Made by a program: the position numbers and the translations under genes. A DNA stretch of 63,088 bases, filler included. It is 6 parts of 6 records of this genome, joined end to end, with 100 filler letters (N's around TTAATTAATTAA, not from the genome) between each part and the next. Parts side by side here need not be neighbours in the genome. Positions count along the whole stretch, not along the records: positions 8,626 to 14,912 come from DRR723986_17018; positions 15,013 to 26,101 come from DRR723986_17043; 4 more parts are not named here. One strand, given 5' to 3'. Positions 10,237 to 23,810 of the stretch are shown piece by piece. Under the pieces are notes generated by a model, which saw only the letters and a list, made by a program, of their open reading frames with translations, had not been told where the DNA came from and did no database searches. The stretch's first letter is position 1. The number at the start of each line of letters is the position of its first letter.

Positions 10237-10250
10237 TTGACCTAGATCAA
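10237..10250. promoter_or_regulatory. FNR/DNR box TTGAC-CTAG-ATCAA for the usp-narK-narG operon
   Basis: 9/10 match. Class II (-41.5) geometry predicts a transcription start near 10285, upstream of RBS AGGAGG (10321) and ATG 10333. Confidence 0.85.
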
Positions 10251-10332
10251 CTAAACTACGACCTGAAGCCGCCATGGCTCACTCCAGATCACAACAAGGC
10301 AGAGCTTTTATCTGCCAAGAAGGAGGGACACC

Positions 10333-10830
10333 ATGGAGATCATGCTCGCCTACGACCATTCGCGAAATGCGCGCATTGCCCTCGACTCGATTGTGTCGAT
10401 GTTCGGGCCGATGAAGCCCAACGTGACGCTGGTTTCGGTTGTCGAGGATATCGGCAGCGCCACGGCAGGCGCTGACGACCTGTTCAACGAACAGTTCGCC
10501 GATCAAAAATCCGGGGCGGATGCCGCTGCTGCGGAACTGATGGCTCACGGGCTGACCGCAAAGGTTGTGCTGGCCGAGGGCGACGCACGCAAGATGATCC
10601 TGCGTGCCACTGAAGAACGTCAACCCGACCTTCTGGTCATGGCGCGCCACAGCCACCAGCCCGATAACGGGCCGCTGGGTTTCATCACCAAGCGCATCGA
10701 CGCGCTGGTCGAGGAATTCGATCACATGACCTTCGGGTCGGTCTCGGCCTTTCTCGCCCGCCGGGTGAAATGCCCGATCCTGATCATCCCAACGCATGTC
10801 GAGGCCGACACGGCCCGTGCCGCTGTCTAA
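10333..10830 (+). CDS. Universal stress protein (single USP domain)
   Basis: IMLAYDHS...A, EGDARKMIL, DLLVM, FGSVS, VKCPILIIP; strong RBS. Confidence 0.9.
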   Translation: MEIMLAYDHSRNARIALDSIVSMFGPMKPNVTLVSVVEDIGSATAGADDLFNEQFADQKSGADAAAAELMAHGLTAKVVLAEGDARKMILRATEERQPDLLVMARHSHQPDNGPLGFITKRIDALVEEFDHMTFGSVSAFLARRVKCPILIIPTHVEADTARAAV

Positions 10831-10851
10831 TTCAAAATAGGGACAAGCCCA

Positions 10852-12501
10852 ATGCAAGTCTCCGACCTCTTCCGGTTCAAGAACCGCGAAATCAAGGCGC
10901 TCCACCTCACCTGGATCGCGTTCTTCATAACCTTCTACGTCTGGTTCAACATGGCACCGCTGGCATCCTCGATGCTGGCCGCGAATGATTGGCTGACCCG
11001 TGACGACATCCGCCTGTTTGCCATCGCGAACGTGGCGCTGACCATTCCCGCACGGATCCTCGTCGGCATGGCGCTCGACAAATGGGGGCCGCGACGGGTG
11101 TTTTCCGTTCTCATGGTGACGATGGCCGTGCCAACGATGTTCTTCGCATTCGGCGAGACCAAGATGCAGCTTTTCATCGCGCGTCTGATCCTGTCGTCGG
11201 TTGGTGCGGGGTTCGTCGTCGGGATTCACATGACCGCGCTTTGGTTCAAGCCGCGCCATATCGGGTTTGCCGAAGGATTTTATGCCGGATGGGGCAACTT
11301 CGGTTCGGCCGCCGCCGCGCTGACCATCCCCACCATTGCCCTGTCCGTGTTCGGGGGTGACGACGGCTGGCGCTATGCCATCGCAATGTCGGGCGTCATC
11401 ATGGCCGCGTATGGGGTGTTCTACTGGTTCGCCATCACCGACGGTCCGACCGCCGATACCCACAAGAAGGCCCGCAAAACCGGCGCGTTGGAGGTGTCGA
11501 CATACAAGGACCTTGTCCTGCTCGTGATCTTCACGATCCCGCTGGTGGGTATCCTGTCGATCCTGGTCTACCGGGTGCAGAGGATGGGCTATATCGACGG
11601 CTTCGTCGCCTCGATCTGCTACGCCGCCGTTGTCGTGATCGTCGTCTATCAGGTCTGGCAGGTGCTGCGTGTCAACCTGCCGATCCTCAAGAAGGGCGTG
11701 CCAGAGGACGACCGTTATCCGTTTGCCTCCGTGGCTGCACTCAACACCACCTATTTCGCCAATTTCGGCGCGGAACTGGCCGTGGTGTCGATGCTGCCCA
11801 TGTTCTTCCAGGAGACGTGGGGGCTTACAGCGGTCGCTGCCGGTATCATCGCGGCGTCCTTTGCATTCATCAACCTCGTGGCGCGTCCCATGGGCGGGCT
11901 CGTGTCCGACCGAATGGGCAACCGTCGCTTCGTGATGTTGTCCTACATGTTCGGGATCGGTGTCGGCCTCATCCTGATGGGGCTGCTGAACGAGGCATGG
12001 CCGCTGGCTATCGCCATCGTGATCACCATCGGCTGTTCGTTCTTCGTGCAGGGTGCAGAGGGCGCAACCTTCGGCATCATCCCTTCGATCAAGCGCCGCG
12101 TGACCGGGCAGATCGCAGGAATGGCGGGGGCCTACGGCAATGTCGGAGCGGTCTTCTACCTCTTCGTTTTCATGTTCGTCGACTATTCGACCTTCTTCTT
12201 CATCCTCGCTGCCGGCGCGTTCACTTCATGGCTCGTCTGTTTCTTCTGGCTGAAGGAGCCCGAGGGCGGCTTTGGAGAGGAATACATCCTGTCCTCGGTC
12301 GATGAAGCCATCGCGGCAGAGGCCCAGAACCGGCGCGCTGCCGAGGCCGATCTCGCCGCGATCTTTTCGGGATCCTCCAAGGTGGCCCTGGCCGACCGAG
12401 GCGACAGCCTGACAGTGACTGCACGGTTCAAGGATCTCGACGAATTGCGCGCAGTACTCAGTCGGGTGACCCAACCCGGCGGCAAAACCCCCGCGGAATA
12501 A
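10852..12501 (+). CDS. narK1: NarK1-type nitrate/nitrite MFS transporter
   Basis: NNP-family signatures (AEGFYAGWGNFG; GQIAGMAGAYGNVG), conserved Arg in IPAR and LVARP, about 12 TM; located in a nar operon. Confidence 0.9.
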   Translation: MQVSDLFRFKNREIKALHLTWIAFFITFYVWFNMAPLASSMLAANDWLTRDDIRLFAIANVALTIPARILVGMALDKWGPRRVFSVLMVTMAVPTMFFAFGETKMQLFIARLILSSVGAGFVVGIHMTALWFKPRHIGFAEGFYAGWGNFGSAAAALTIPTIALSVFGGDDGWRYAIAMSGVIMAAYGVFYWFAITDGPTADTHKKARKTGALEVSTYKDLVLLVIFTIPLVGILSILVYRVQRMGYIDGFVASICYAAVVVIVVYQVWQVLRVNLPILKKGVPEDDRYPFASVAALNTTYFANFGAELAVVSMLPMFFQETWGLTAVAAGIIAASFAFINLVARPMGGLVSDRMGNRRFVMLSYMFGIGVGLILMGLLNEAWPLAIAIVITIGCSFFVQGAEGATFGIIPSIKRRVTGQIAGMAGAYGNVGAVFYLFVFMFVDYSTFFFILAAGAFTSWLVCFFWLKEPEGGFGEEYILSSVDEAIAAEAQNRRAAEADLAAIFSGSSKVALADRGDSLTVTARFKDLDELRAVLSRVTQPGGKTPAE

Positions 12502-12561
12502 GACATAGAACACGGCGGGCCGCATCCTGGCCCGTCCCACCCCTCATCTTGGAGAATACAT

Positions 12562-14169
12562 GTGGGACAAGATCTGAGAAACTACACACCGGATGATGAG
12601 GCCTTCTGGGCCTCCACCGGCAAGGCGATTGCAAATCGCAATCTATGGATCTCCATTCCATCGCTGCTCTGCGGCTTTGCGGTCTGGCTCTATTGGGGGA
12701 TCATCACCGTACAGATGATCAACCTGGGTTATCCCTTTGAAACGTCACAACTCTTCACCCTGACCGCGATCGCGGGCCTGTCAGGGGCGACCCTGCGGAT
12801 CCCGGCGACCTTCTTCATTCGCATCGCGGGCGGGCGAAACACCATCTTCTTCACCACCGCCCTTCTGATGATCCCTGCCATTGGCACGGGCATCGCGCTG
12901 CAAAATCCCGATACACCGCTTTGGCAATACCAGATCCTGGCGCTTTTGTCGGGGATCGGCGGCGGTAACTTCGCGGCCTCGATGTCCAACATCTCGTTCT
13001 TCTTTCCCAAGAAGATCCAGGGCTATGCCCTTGGCATGAACGCGGGCCTGGGCAATTTCGGCGTGACCACGATGCAGATCGTGATTCCGCTGGTGATGAC
13101 CTTCGGCCTCTTCGGTGGCACGCCGGGGATCCTCGAAAATACCTCCGGCACCTTCTTCGCCCGCATCCCCGCAGGATCCGAGACCTTCATCCACAATGCA
13201 GGTTTCGTCTGGCTGCTGGCGCTTGTGCCGCTGGCCTTCCTCGGCTGGTTCGGTATGAACAACATCCGCGATGAACATGTCAGCCCGGACATCCCGAACC
13301 CGCTCGGCTCTTTCGGCATCATCGGTTTCATGTATGCGATCGGACTTGCAACAGCCGGTTTCGGCCTCTGGCTGATGCTGCCCGCAGCCGTCGGTGGTTC
13401 GGGATTCATGATCTCGAAATGGTTCGTTCTGCCGATCGTGATCGTGATGACCGTGGTCATCCTGCGGATGATCCCCGGCCAGGTCGGTCAGAACCTGTCG
13501 CGCCAATACAAGATCTTCGGCAACAAGCACACTTGGGCAATGACCATCATCTATGTGATGACCTTTGGGTCGTTCATTGGCTACTCGGCGGCAATGGGCC
13601 TGACGATCAAAGTGGTCTTCGGTTTCCAGCACACACTGGTTGACGGTGTGTTGACCCATGACATCGCCAACCCGAACGGACCTTCAGCGCTGATGTTTGC
13701 GTGGATGGGCCCCTTCATCGGCGCGTTGATCCGCCCGCTAGGTGGCATCTGGGCCGACAAGGCCGGTGGTGCCAAGGTGACGCAGATCATCTCGGTGGTC
13801 ATGGTTGTCTGTGCCATTGCGCTGGCCTGGATCCTTCAGCAGGCCTATGCCTCGGCTACGCCCGAGACGTATTTCCTGCCCTTCCTGCTGATCTTCCTGC
13901 TGCTCTTTGCGGCCACCGGAATCGGCAATGGCTCCACTTTCCGCACCATCGCCGTGGCGTTCAACAAGGAACAGGCAGGCCCGGTGCTTGGCTGGACCTC
14001 CGCTGTGGCCGCCTATGGTGCCTTCCTGATCCCGCAGATCTTCGGGGAACAGATGAGCGCCGGCACTCCGCAATACGCACTCTATGGCTTCGCGGTCTTC
14101 TACGCGGTCTGCATCGCCATCAACTGGTGGTTCTACCTGCGCCCCGGTGCCTACATCCAGAACCCCTGA
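12562..14169 (+). CDS. narK2: NarK2-type nitrate/nitrite antiporter
   Basis: IANRNLWISIP, GGGNFAASMSNISFFFPK, GMNAGLGNFG, TGIGNGSTF; GTG start with RBS GGAGA. Confidence 0.92.
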   Translation: MGQDLRNYTPDDEAFWASTGKAIANRNLWISIPSLLCGFAVWLYWGIITVQMINLGYPFETSQLFTLTAIAGLSGATLRIPATFFIRIAGGRNTIFFTTALLMIPAIGTGIALQNPDTPLWQYQILALLSGIGGGNFAASMSNISFFFPKKIQGYALGMNAGLGNFGVTTMQIVIPLVMTFGLFGGTPGILENTSGTFFARIPAGSETFIHNAGFVWLLALVPLAFLGWFGMNNIRDEHVSPDIPNPLGSFGIIGFMYAIGLATAGFGLWLMLPAAVGGSGFMISKWFVLPIVIVMTVVILRMIPGQVGQNLSRQYKIFGNKHTWAMTIIYVMTFGSFIGYSAAMGLTIKVVFGFQHTLVDGVLTHDIANPNGPSALMFAWMGPFIGALIRPLGGIWADKAGGAKVTQIISVVMVVCAIALAWILQQAYASATPETYFLPFLLIFLLLFAATGIGNGSTFRTIAVAFNKEQAGPVLGWTSAVAAYGAFLIPQIFGEQMSAGTPQYALYGFAVFYAVCIAINWWFYLRPGAYIQNP

Positions 14170-14246
14170 TGTCCTGACATTCGCCTGCCCGGAGACACGC
14201 TTCGGGCAGCCCTCTCCTCAACAAATCCCTCAAGGGAGCCAATGAC

Positions 14247-14912
14247 ATGAGCCACCTGCTCGACAGATTGAACTTCCTCCAGTCGAAAGAGCTGGACCAG
14301 TTCTCGAACGGCCACGGTCAGACCACCCGTGAAAGCCGCGACTGGGAAGACACCTACAGAAACCGCTGGCAGCACGACAAGGTTGTTCGCTCGACCCATG
14401 GGGTGAACTGCACAGGGTCCTGCTCGTGGAAGATCTACGTGAAATCCGGGATCGTGACCTGGGAAACCCAGCAGACCGATTATCCACGCACACGCCCCGA
14501 TCTGCCCAACCATGAACCGCGTGGCTGCGCCCGTGGCGCAAGCTACAGCTGGTATCTCTATTCCGCCAACCGGGTGAAGAACCCGCTGGTGCGTGGCAAG
14601 CTGATGAAGCTGTGGCGCAAGATGCGCGAAACCAAGAGCCCGATCGAAGCCTGGACTGCGATTCAGAACGATCCGATCCTGCGGCAAGGCTATGTCGAAA
14701 CCCGCGGCAAGGGCGGCTTTGTGCGCGCCAGCTGGGATGAGGCGACCGAGATCACCGCCGCCGCGAATGCCTATACCGTCAAGACCTACGGCCCCGACCG
14801 CGTCTTTGGCTTTTCGCCCATCCCCGCGATGTCGATGGTCAGCTACGCGGCGGGCAGCCGGTATCTGAGCCTGCTCGGCGGTGTCTGCATGAGCTTCTAC
14901 GACTGGTATTGC
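14247..14912 (+). CDS. narG: Respiratory nitrate reductase alpha subunit (3' truncated)
   Basis: [22 protein letters not shown] (FS0 ligands), [30 protein letters not shown]. Confidence 0.98.
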
Positions 14913-15012
14913 NNNNNNNNNNNNNNNNNNNNNNNNNNNNNNNNNNNNNNNNNNNNTTAATTAATTAANNNNNNNNNNNNNNNNNNNNNNNNNNNNNNNN
15001 NNNNNNNNNNNN
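14913..15012. other. Artificial contig spacer
   Basis: 44 N + TTAATTAATTAA + 44 N. Confidence 0.99.
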
Positions 15013-15661
15013 CAAGCCGGTCTTCCAGGAAAGTTTCGACTGCCAGGTTAAGCTCATCGTGCACGATGATGAAGTGGTCTGTATCGCCGGCAATAAAGGC
15101 TGAAGGTAACCGGATGCGGCGTGCACCCCCTTTCAAGCCTGTGCCAGCAGCTTTCAGGATTGCTTCCTTGGCTGTCCAGCAACGGAAGAAAGGGTCCAGC
15201 CCGGCTCGATCCGCCAGCACCGCACGAATACCGTCAGCCTCATTGTCTTCCGCCAGCATGCTCAGCATCGGCTCCCAGCAGACAGGCCGGACAAGCTCCA
15301 CATCGATGCCCACAGGGCGATCCCGGGATAGCGCGAGCCCGTTCCAACCCTCACTGTCCGAAAAGCTGAGAGAGATATCGGGATAGTCTGGCAGCCCGGG
15401 TTTTCCCTGATCGTCATGCGCAATTTGAAGACCGGCCGGTTCGCAGCCGAGCAATTCCGCAAGCAGGCGGCGGCGTTGCGCGAGACTGGCGGCGAGCCAG
15501 TCACGTTTCTCAGGCAAAAGAAGCCTCGAAACACGCGCGTTCTCCGGTTCAGACAGAACCTCTGCGCCCGCTGCCAGAGGGCTGGTGTGCCAGAACCACA
15601 CCCCTTCCGCACCGGTTTCGGGCGGTTTCACTCCGTGTATGATCTTGCTGGGGCGAACCAT
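15013..15661 (-). CDS. 4'-phosphopantetheinyl transferase, Sfp type (3' end at contig edge)
   Basis: GKP, SLSFSDS, VGIDVE and FFRCWTAKEAILKAAGTGL motifs. Confidence 0.9.
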
Positions 15662-15788
15662 CGTTTTTGCGTTCTAGGGCGTTTTTCAAAGTGACACCAG
15701 CTAGATCGGCCAAAGCGAAGCTCTGTTCGGCGGGGCATGCGCAGCCTACTCTGGAATTTCCCAATCAATTCAGAAAGAAAAAAGTGGC

Positions 15789-16601
15789 GGTGGGGTCAGT
15801 CTAATGCGAACCCGTCTCCGTTTTTCGCGGACGAGCAGGTGCTAGGCGACGAGAAGGTCGCGCCACTCGAGAAGGGCGGCGTCTCGCATGATTTTAAACC
15901 GGCCCCTCTTGTTGATATTCCTCTGATGGTTGAAGTGATTGTGTACTGACGAATGAATTGAGACGAACTTCTGCAGACTTCTCGTCCGACGAAATCGCGA
16001 CATAGCTCGCTCTCGTCTTCGAAATGGCAAGTGGGAATTCTCGGCCCGGTTATTGAGATGACGACCCGTTTCCTAGTGACCCTCGTTCCCGATAACCTTC
16101 ATGGCAGCCCGATAGGATGGACATCTGTCAGTCACGACAACCTCTGGATTCCCATACCGCTTCATTGCTTTCTTCAAGAATTTCAATGCTGCAGCCTTGT
16201 TACGCTTCTTCGTGACATAGGCTTCCAGAACTTCCCCTTCGTGATCCACAGCGCGCCAAAGATAAGGCCACTCGCCCCGGATCTTCACAAAGACCTCGTC
16301 CAGATGCCACTGCCATTGGGGGTTTCGTCGCATCGCTTCCGACCTCCGCTTCCTGATCTTGTGCGCAAAATAGATGCCGAAACGATCGACCCAGAGACGG
16401 ACACTTTCGTGGCATACATCGATGCCGCGCTCGTGGAGCAGGTCTTCGACATTCCTGAGCGACAGTGGAAATCGGACATACATGAGTACGCCTAGCTGGA
16501 TGATCTCGGTGACGTCTTGAAGTGGCGGAACGGGTTCTTGGCCATTTCCTTAGGCTAAATACCGGGATTGGTCGCCTCAAAGCGTTTGCCCTGACAATGC
16601 C
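15789..16601 (-). mobile_element. Degenerate IS6-family insertion sequence (about 813 bp)
   Basis: Left end reads GGCATTGTCAG (minus strand from 16601), right end GGTGGGGTCAG (from 15789; 7/11 match). They flank an IS6-type DDE transposase; size is typical of IS6. Confidence 0.75.
15842..16545 (-). pseudogene. IS6-family transposase pseudogene (one frameshift, one nonsense codon)
   Basis: MAKNPFRHFKTSP / EIIQLGVLMYVRFPLSLRNVEDLL needs a 1-nt frameshift near 16508. WHLDEVFVKI and TDRCPSY present. In-frame TAG at 16073-16075 interrupts ...GH*ETGRHLNNRAENSHLPFRRRER. Confidence 0.9.
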
Positions 16602-16608
16602 CCCGTAT

Positions 16609-17949
16609 TCATGTCGGCTTCGGCCAATGAGTGTGAAGCTCATCGATGATGAAGGGATGCACCGGCTGACCCTGCTGGTGGCCTTCCCGAAGGTGAGGAT
16701 GATCCGGTGGTAAGTCATCGTGCGTGTGTTCGACATGCTCTGTATCGTTCGTAGGCCACAGGACGAAGGCGAGCAATGTACCTGTGGCTGAGAGTAAGCT
16801 CATTCCGGCGAGCGCCGCGCCCTGTCCCCAAGCGGCACCAATCCATCCGACGAGTGGATACGCGATCAGCCAGCAGGCGTGACTGAGAGCAAATTGCGCG
16901 GCAAAGACCGCAGGCCGATTGTCATTGTGCGAAGATCGTCTCAGCAGCCTACCTGATGGCGTCACGCTCAGAGAATAAGCCGCGCCAAGCAGGAACCACC
17001 CAGCCAGCACAAACGGCCAGTTGAAACCCATGGTATTGCTCAACATAGCAAGCCCACCCAACAACAAGGTTAGGACAACTGACGCCAGGAGAAGAGCTGA
17101 GCGGTCACTTAACCGCGTTAGGATCGATGAGATCGAAAAGGCTACAAGCATCGAGCCAAATCCATAGACCCCGAGTGCAATCGCGTAGGCAGTTTGGGAA
17201 AGGCCGAGTTCTTCCCGCACGATAACGACCGTATTGACGATGACCATTGCCCCGGCCGCCGCTGCCGACAGCGTGATTGCCAGTAAGCCTACGAGCCGGG
17301 GTGTAGCCAGGTAGATGCGTATGCCGCGTGTCGTGCGCTCATACACACTCCCCTGCTGTGGGCCTATTGCTCGCTGAACAACCAAGCCGGAAGTGACGAC
17401 CAGCAAAGAAGACGCGACGAAGCCGACGGACGTGCCCGCAAACAATCCATTGAAGCTGATCACGGTGAGGAGCGCCGCCGCGATCATGGGGCTTGTCAGG
17501 CTTTCCATGTCATAGGCGAGCCGTGAGAGCGACAGCGCCTTCGTGTAGGTCTCTTCGTCCGGCAGGATGTCCGGAATGGTCGCTTGGAAAGTCGGCGTGA
17601 AAGCCGCCGACGCGGACTGCAGCAGGAAGATCAGCACGTAGACCTGCCAGACGTCCGTCACGAATGGCAGCATAAGGGCGATGGCCGCCCTCACCACGTC
17701 CATGGCAACGAGGAAAGCGCGGCGGGGCAATCGGCTCGCGAAAGCCCCCACGACCGGCGCGATGATTATGTATGCCACCATCTTGATGGCAAGCGCGGTG
17801 CCCAGCACCTGCCCCGCCGCGTCGCCTGCCAGGTCATAGGCCAACAGTCCCAGCGCGACTGTCAGCAATCCGGTGCCGACGAGTGCGACAACCTGCGCAA
17901 AGAACAGGTGCCGGTAGGTTCGCTGAGCGAGGACTGCGAGCATTGTCAC
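16609..17949 (-). CDS. nreB: NreB/NrsD-like MFS nickel exporter with His-rich tail
   Basis: YRHLFFAQVVALVGTGL, AAFTPTFQA, FAAQFALSHACWL; C-terminal EHVEHTHDDLPPDHPHLREGH...HPF...LHTHWP; GTG overlaps the upstream stop. Confidence 0.8.
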   Translation of the reverse strand: MTMLAVLAQRTYRHLFFAQVVALVGTGLLTVALGLLAYDLAGDAAGQVLGTALAIKMVAYIIIAPVVGAFASRLPRRAFLVAMDVVRAAIALMLPFVTDVWQVYVLIFLLQSASAAFTPTFQATIPDILPDEETYTKALSLSRLAYDMESLTSPMIAAALLTVISFNGLFAGTSVGFVASSLLVVTSGLVVQRAIGPQQGSVYERTTRGIRIYLATPRLVGLLAITLSAAAAGAMVIVNTVVIVREELGLSQTAYAIALGVYGFGSMLVAFSISSILTRLSDRSALLLASVVLTLLLGGLAMLSNTMGFNWPFVLAGWFLLGAAYSLSVTPSGRLLRRSSHNDNRPAVFAAQFALSHACWLIAYPLVGWIGAAWGQGAALAGMSLLSATGTLLAFVLWPTNDTEHVEHTHDDLPPDHPHLREGHQQGQPVHPFIIDELHTHWPKPT

Positions 17950-18584
17950 ATCATCCGTTTCACTTCGCTATAGTCGCCGCGAACCCGAAGCGTGACCGTT
18001 ACGTCCTTGCCGCTGCGATTGCGCCAATACCAGCCATGAGCCCCGTCGAATTCCGCTGTGAACTCACCGGTATCGCCGGTGACGCCACGAGCCTTCTTGT
18101 AGCTGTGAAAACCATCACCATCCGGGAAGTCGGCGTGTAGCTCGTAGTTGAGATTGCCGTCATTCACGGTCCACTCATACTCGGCTTCGGCCCCTTTGAG
18201 CATCACGAGCTTCACTTCGGCGGCTTCGTCAGCCGCGAGCGTCAGGGAAACTTCGTCCGTCCACACCGGCAATTCTTCAACTGGTTCTTCGGACGGCGCA
18301 GCTGCGGCAAGTTCGGCAACCGGCTCGGAAACTACCGGCTCCACCGTTGCCGGTTCAGGTGCGGTAGCTTCGCTGGCCGCCTCTTCGGCAAGCTGCTGTT
18401 TGATCTCGCCCGTTTGGGTCAGGCCGAGCACTCGTCCGACACCCGTGGGGTCGACACCGTATTCAGCCGGTAGCACTGCTCCGAAAAGCACAACAACAGC
18501 GATCACCAGCGCAACGCCGGTTGAACGCAGCAGCTGGGCTGTTGTGGGAAGGTCGTCTTTGCTCGGCATATTCGCATTAAACAT
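17946..18584 (-). CDS. Uncharacterised membrane-anchored protein (one TM, acidic linker, His-containing beta domain)
   Basis: TM followed by VLPAEYGVDPTG.G..LGL; C-terminal YELHAD...HSY...FDGAHGWYWRNRS. Confidence 0.8.
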   Translation of the reverse strand: MFNANMPSKDDLPTTAQLLRSTGVALVIAVVVLFGAVLPAEYGVDPTGVGRVLGLTQTGEIKQQLAEEAASEATAPEPATVEPVVSEPVAELAAAAPSEEPVEELPVWTDEVSLTLAADEAAEVKLVMLKGAEAEYEWTVNDGNLNYELHADFPDGDGFHSYKKARGVTGDTGEFTAEFDGAHGWYWRNRSGKDVTVTLRVRGDYSEVKRMM

Positions 18585-18606
18585 GGAAAACCTCAGAAGA
18601 TGGAAT

Positions 18607-22556
<3,950 letters not shown>

Positions 22557-23810
22557 CTAGTGGTCGTGGCTCGCGCCGGACTTTTCGATGTCGGCCTTGA
22601 TGAGGTAGGAGTTCTCGGTGACGTAGGTCTCTCCCGGCTTCACGCCGCCAAGGATCTCGGCATACTCACCATCCCGCCGACCGATATCCAACATCCGGAC
22701 CTCGTAGGTCTCATCGACCTTGGCGTAAACAACGGTGAAATCCCGGAATGACTGCAAGCCGGACTCCCTAACCGCCAGAGGTACTTCGGTTTCAGCGGTC
22801 GTTACTTCCGCCATGATCCGCATACCGGGTTGCAGTCTCGAATCCGCAGGCAAATCAGCGACGGCAACGCGCGTCTGAGACTCAACGCCTGCCAATGGAA
22901 GGAAGCGGGAAATTGTGGTCTCGATGTTCAGGTCGCCACCCGCCACACCAAGGCTGACCTTCTGGCCAGGCTTCACCTTCGCGACATCCCTCGGAAACAC
23001 ATGAAGGCGCGCCTCCGCATTGGCGAAGTCCGCGATCACGAACAGCGCTTCGCTTCCGGCAACATCACCCGCATTTGTGTGGCGCTCGAGGATCGTTCCG
23101 GAGACCGGCGCCGGGACGGTGTATTCCTGCAGACTGGAGGAGGATTCCACCACCGCCAGCGTTTGCCCTCTTCGAACATAGTCGCCCACCTTGGCATTCA
23201 CGGATTTCACTGGACCCGGATAGCGAGCGCGGACTTCTGCGGTTGCAGACGGAGAAAGTTCCACAGTGCCCGAGACGGTAATCACGTCACGGATAGAAGC
23301 CGGTCCCACCTCATCCACCGCGACCCCAGCTTCGGCAGCGACATCATCCGGGATCGTTGTACGCCCCTCGAAAGATTCGTAACGCCAGCTTGACGTCTTG
23401 CCACCCTGGCGCGCCACGACCTCGACCTCGAACGAGTGCGGTTCGATGACCACCCCGTCGCCCATGAGATAATCCTGGCGAGGCGTGAAGGAGAACTCGT
23501 CAACGATATCACCCAAACGATGCAGCCTGACGGTCAGATCGACACTGGACGGATTGGCTGGCTTTCCGTTCCGGTAGGGATAGATGCGGAACTGCGGCGG
23601 CACGCCGGTCTCGAAGATCGTCATCTCGACAGCGAAGTCACCGTCTTCCAGCAAGCGGCCATTGTGCGGCCCTCTTGCGTACTCGTCGGCAGCTTCAGCT
23701 TCATGACCGTGGCCGTGCGCGTCCGGTGCGGAAGACGACTGGCCGCAGCCTGCGATCGTAAACAGACCGGCAAAGGCAGCCGCTGCGATGAGTTGATTGC
23801 GATAGTTCAT
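22557..23810 (-). CDS. czcB: RND periplasmic adaptor (CzcB-like lipoprotein)
   Basis: Lipobox IAGC, HGHGHE, GPHNGRLL domain, lipoyl-like hairpin, C-terminal KSGASHDH. Confidence 0.88.
   Translation of the reverse strand: MNYRNQLIAAAAFAGLFTIAGCGQSSSAPDAHGHGHEAEAADEYARGPHNGRLLEDGDFAVEMTIFETGVPPQFRIYPYRNGKPANPSSVDLTVRLHRLGDIVDEFSFTPRQDYLMGDGVVIEPHSFEVEVVARQGGKTSSWRYESFEGRTTIPDDVAAEAGVAVDEVGPASIRDVITVSGTVELSPSATAEVRARYPGPVKSVNAKVGDYVRRGQTLAVVESSSSLQEYTVPAPVSGTILERHTNAGDVAGSEALFVIADFANAEARLHVFPRDVAKVKPGQKVSLGVAGGDLNIETTISRFLPLAGVESQTRVAVADLPADSRLQPGMRIMAEVTTAETEVPLAVRESGLQSFRDFTVVYAKVDETYEVRMLDIGRRDGEYAEILGGVKPGETYVTENSYLIKADIEKSGASHDH

Noticed and set aside
15013..15661. PPTase as evidence of an NRPS/PKS cluster
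   Set aside because: No carrier-protein or synthase gene is visible in the contig.
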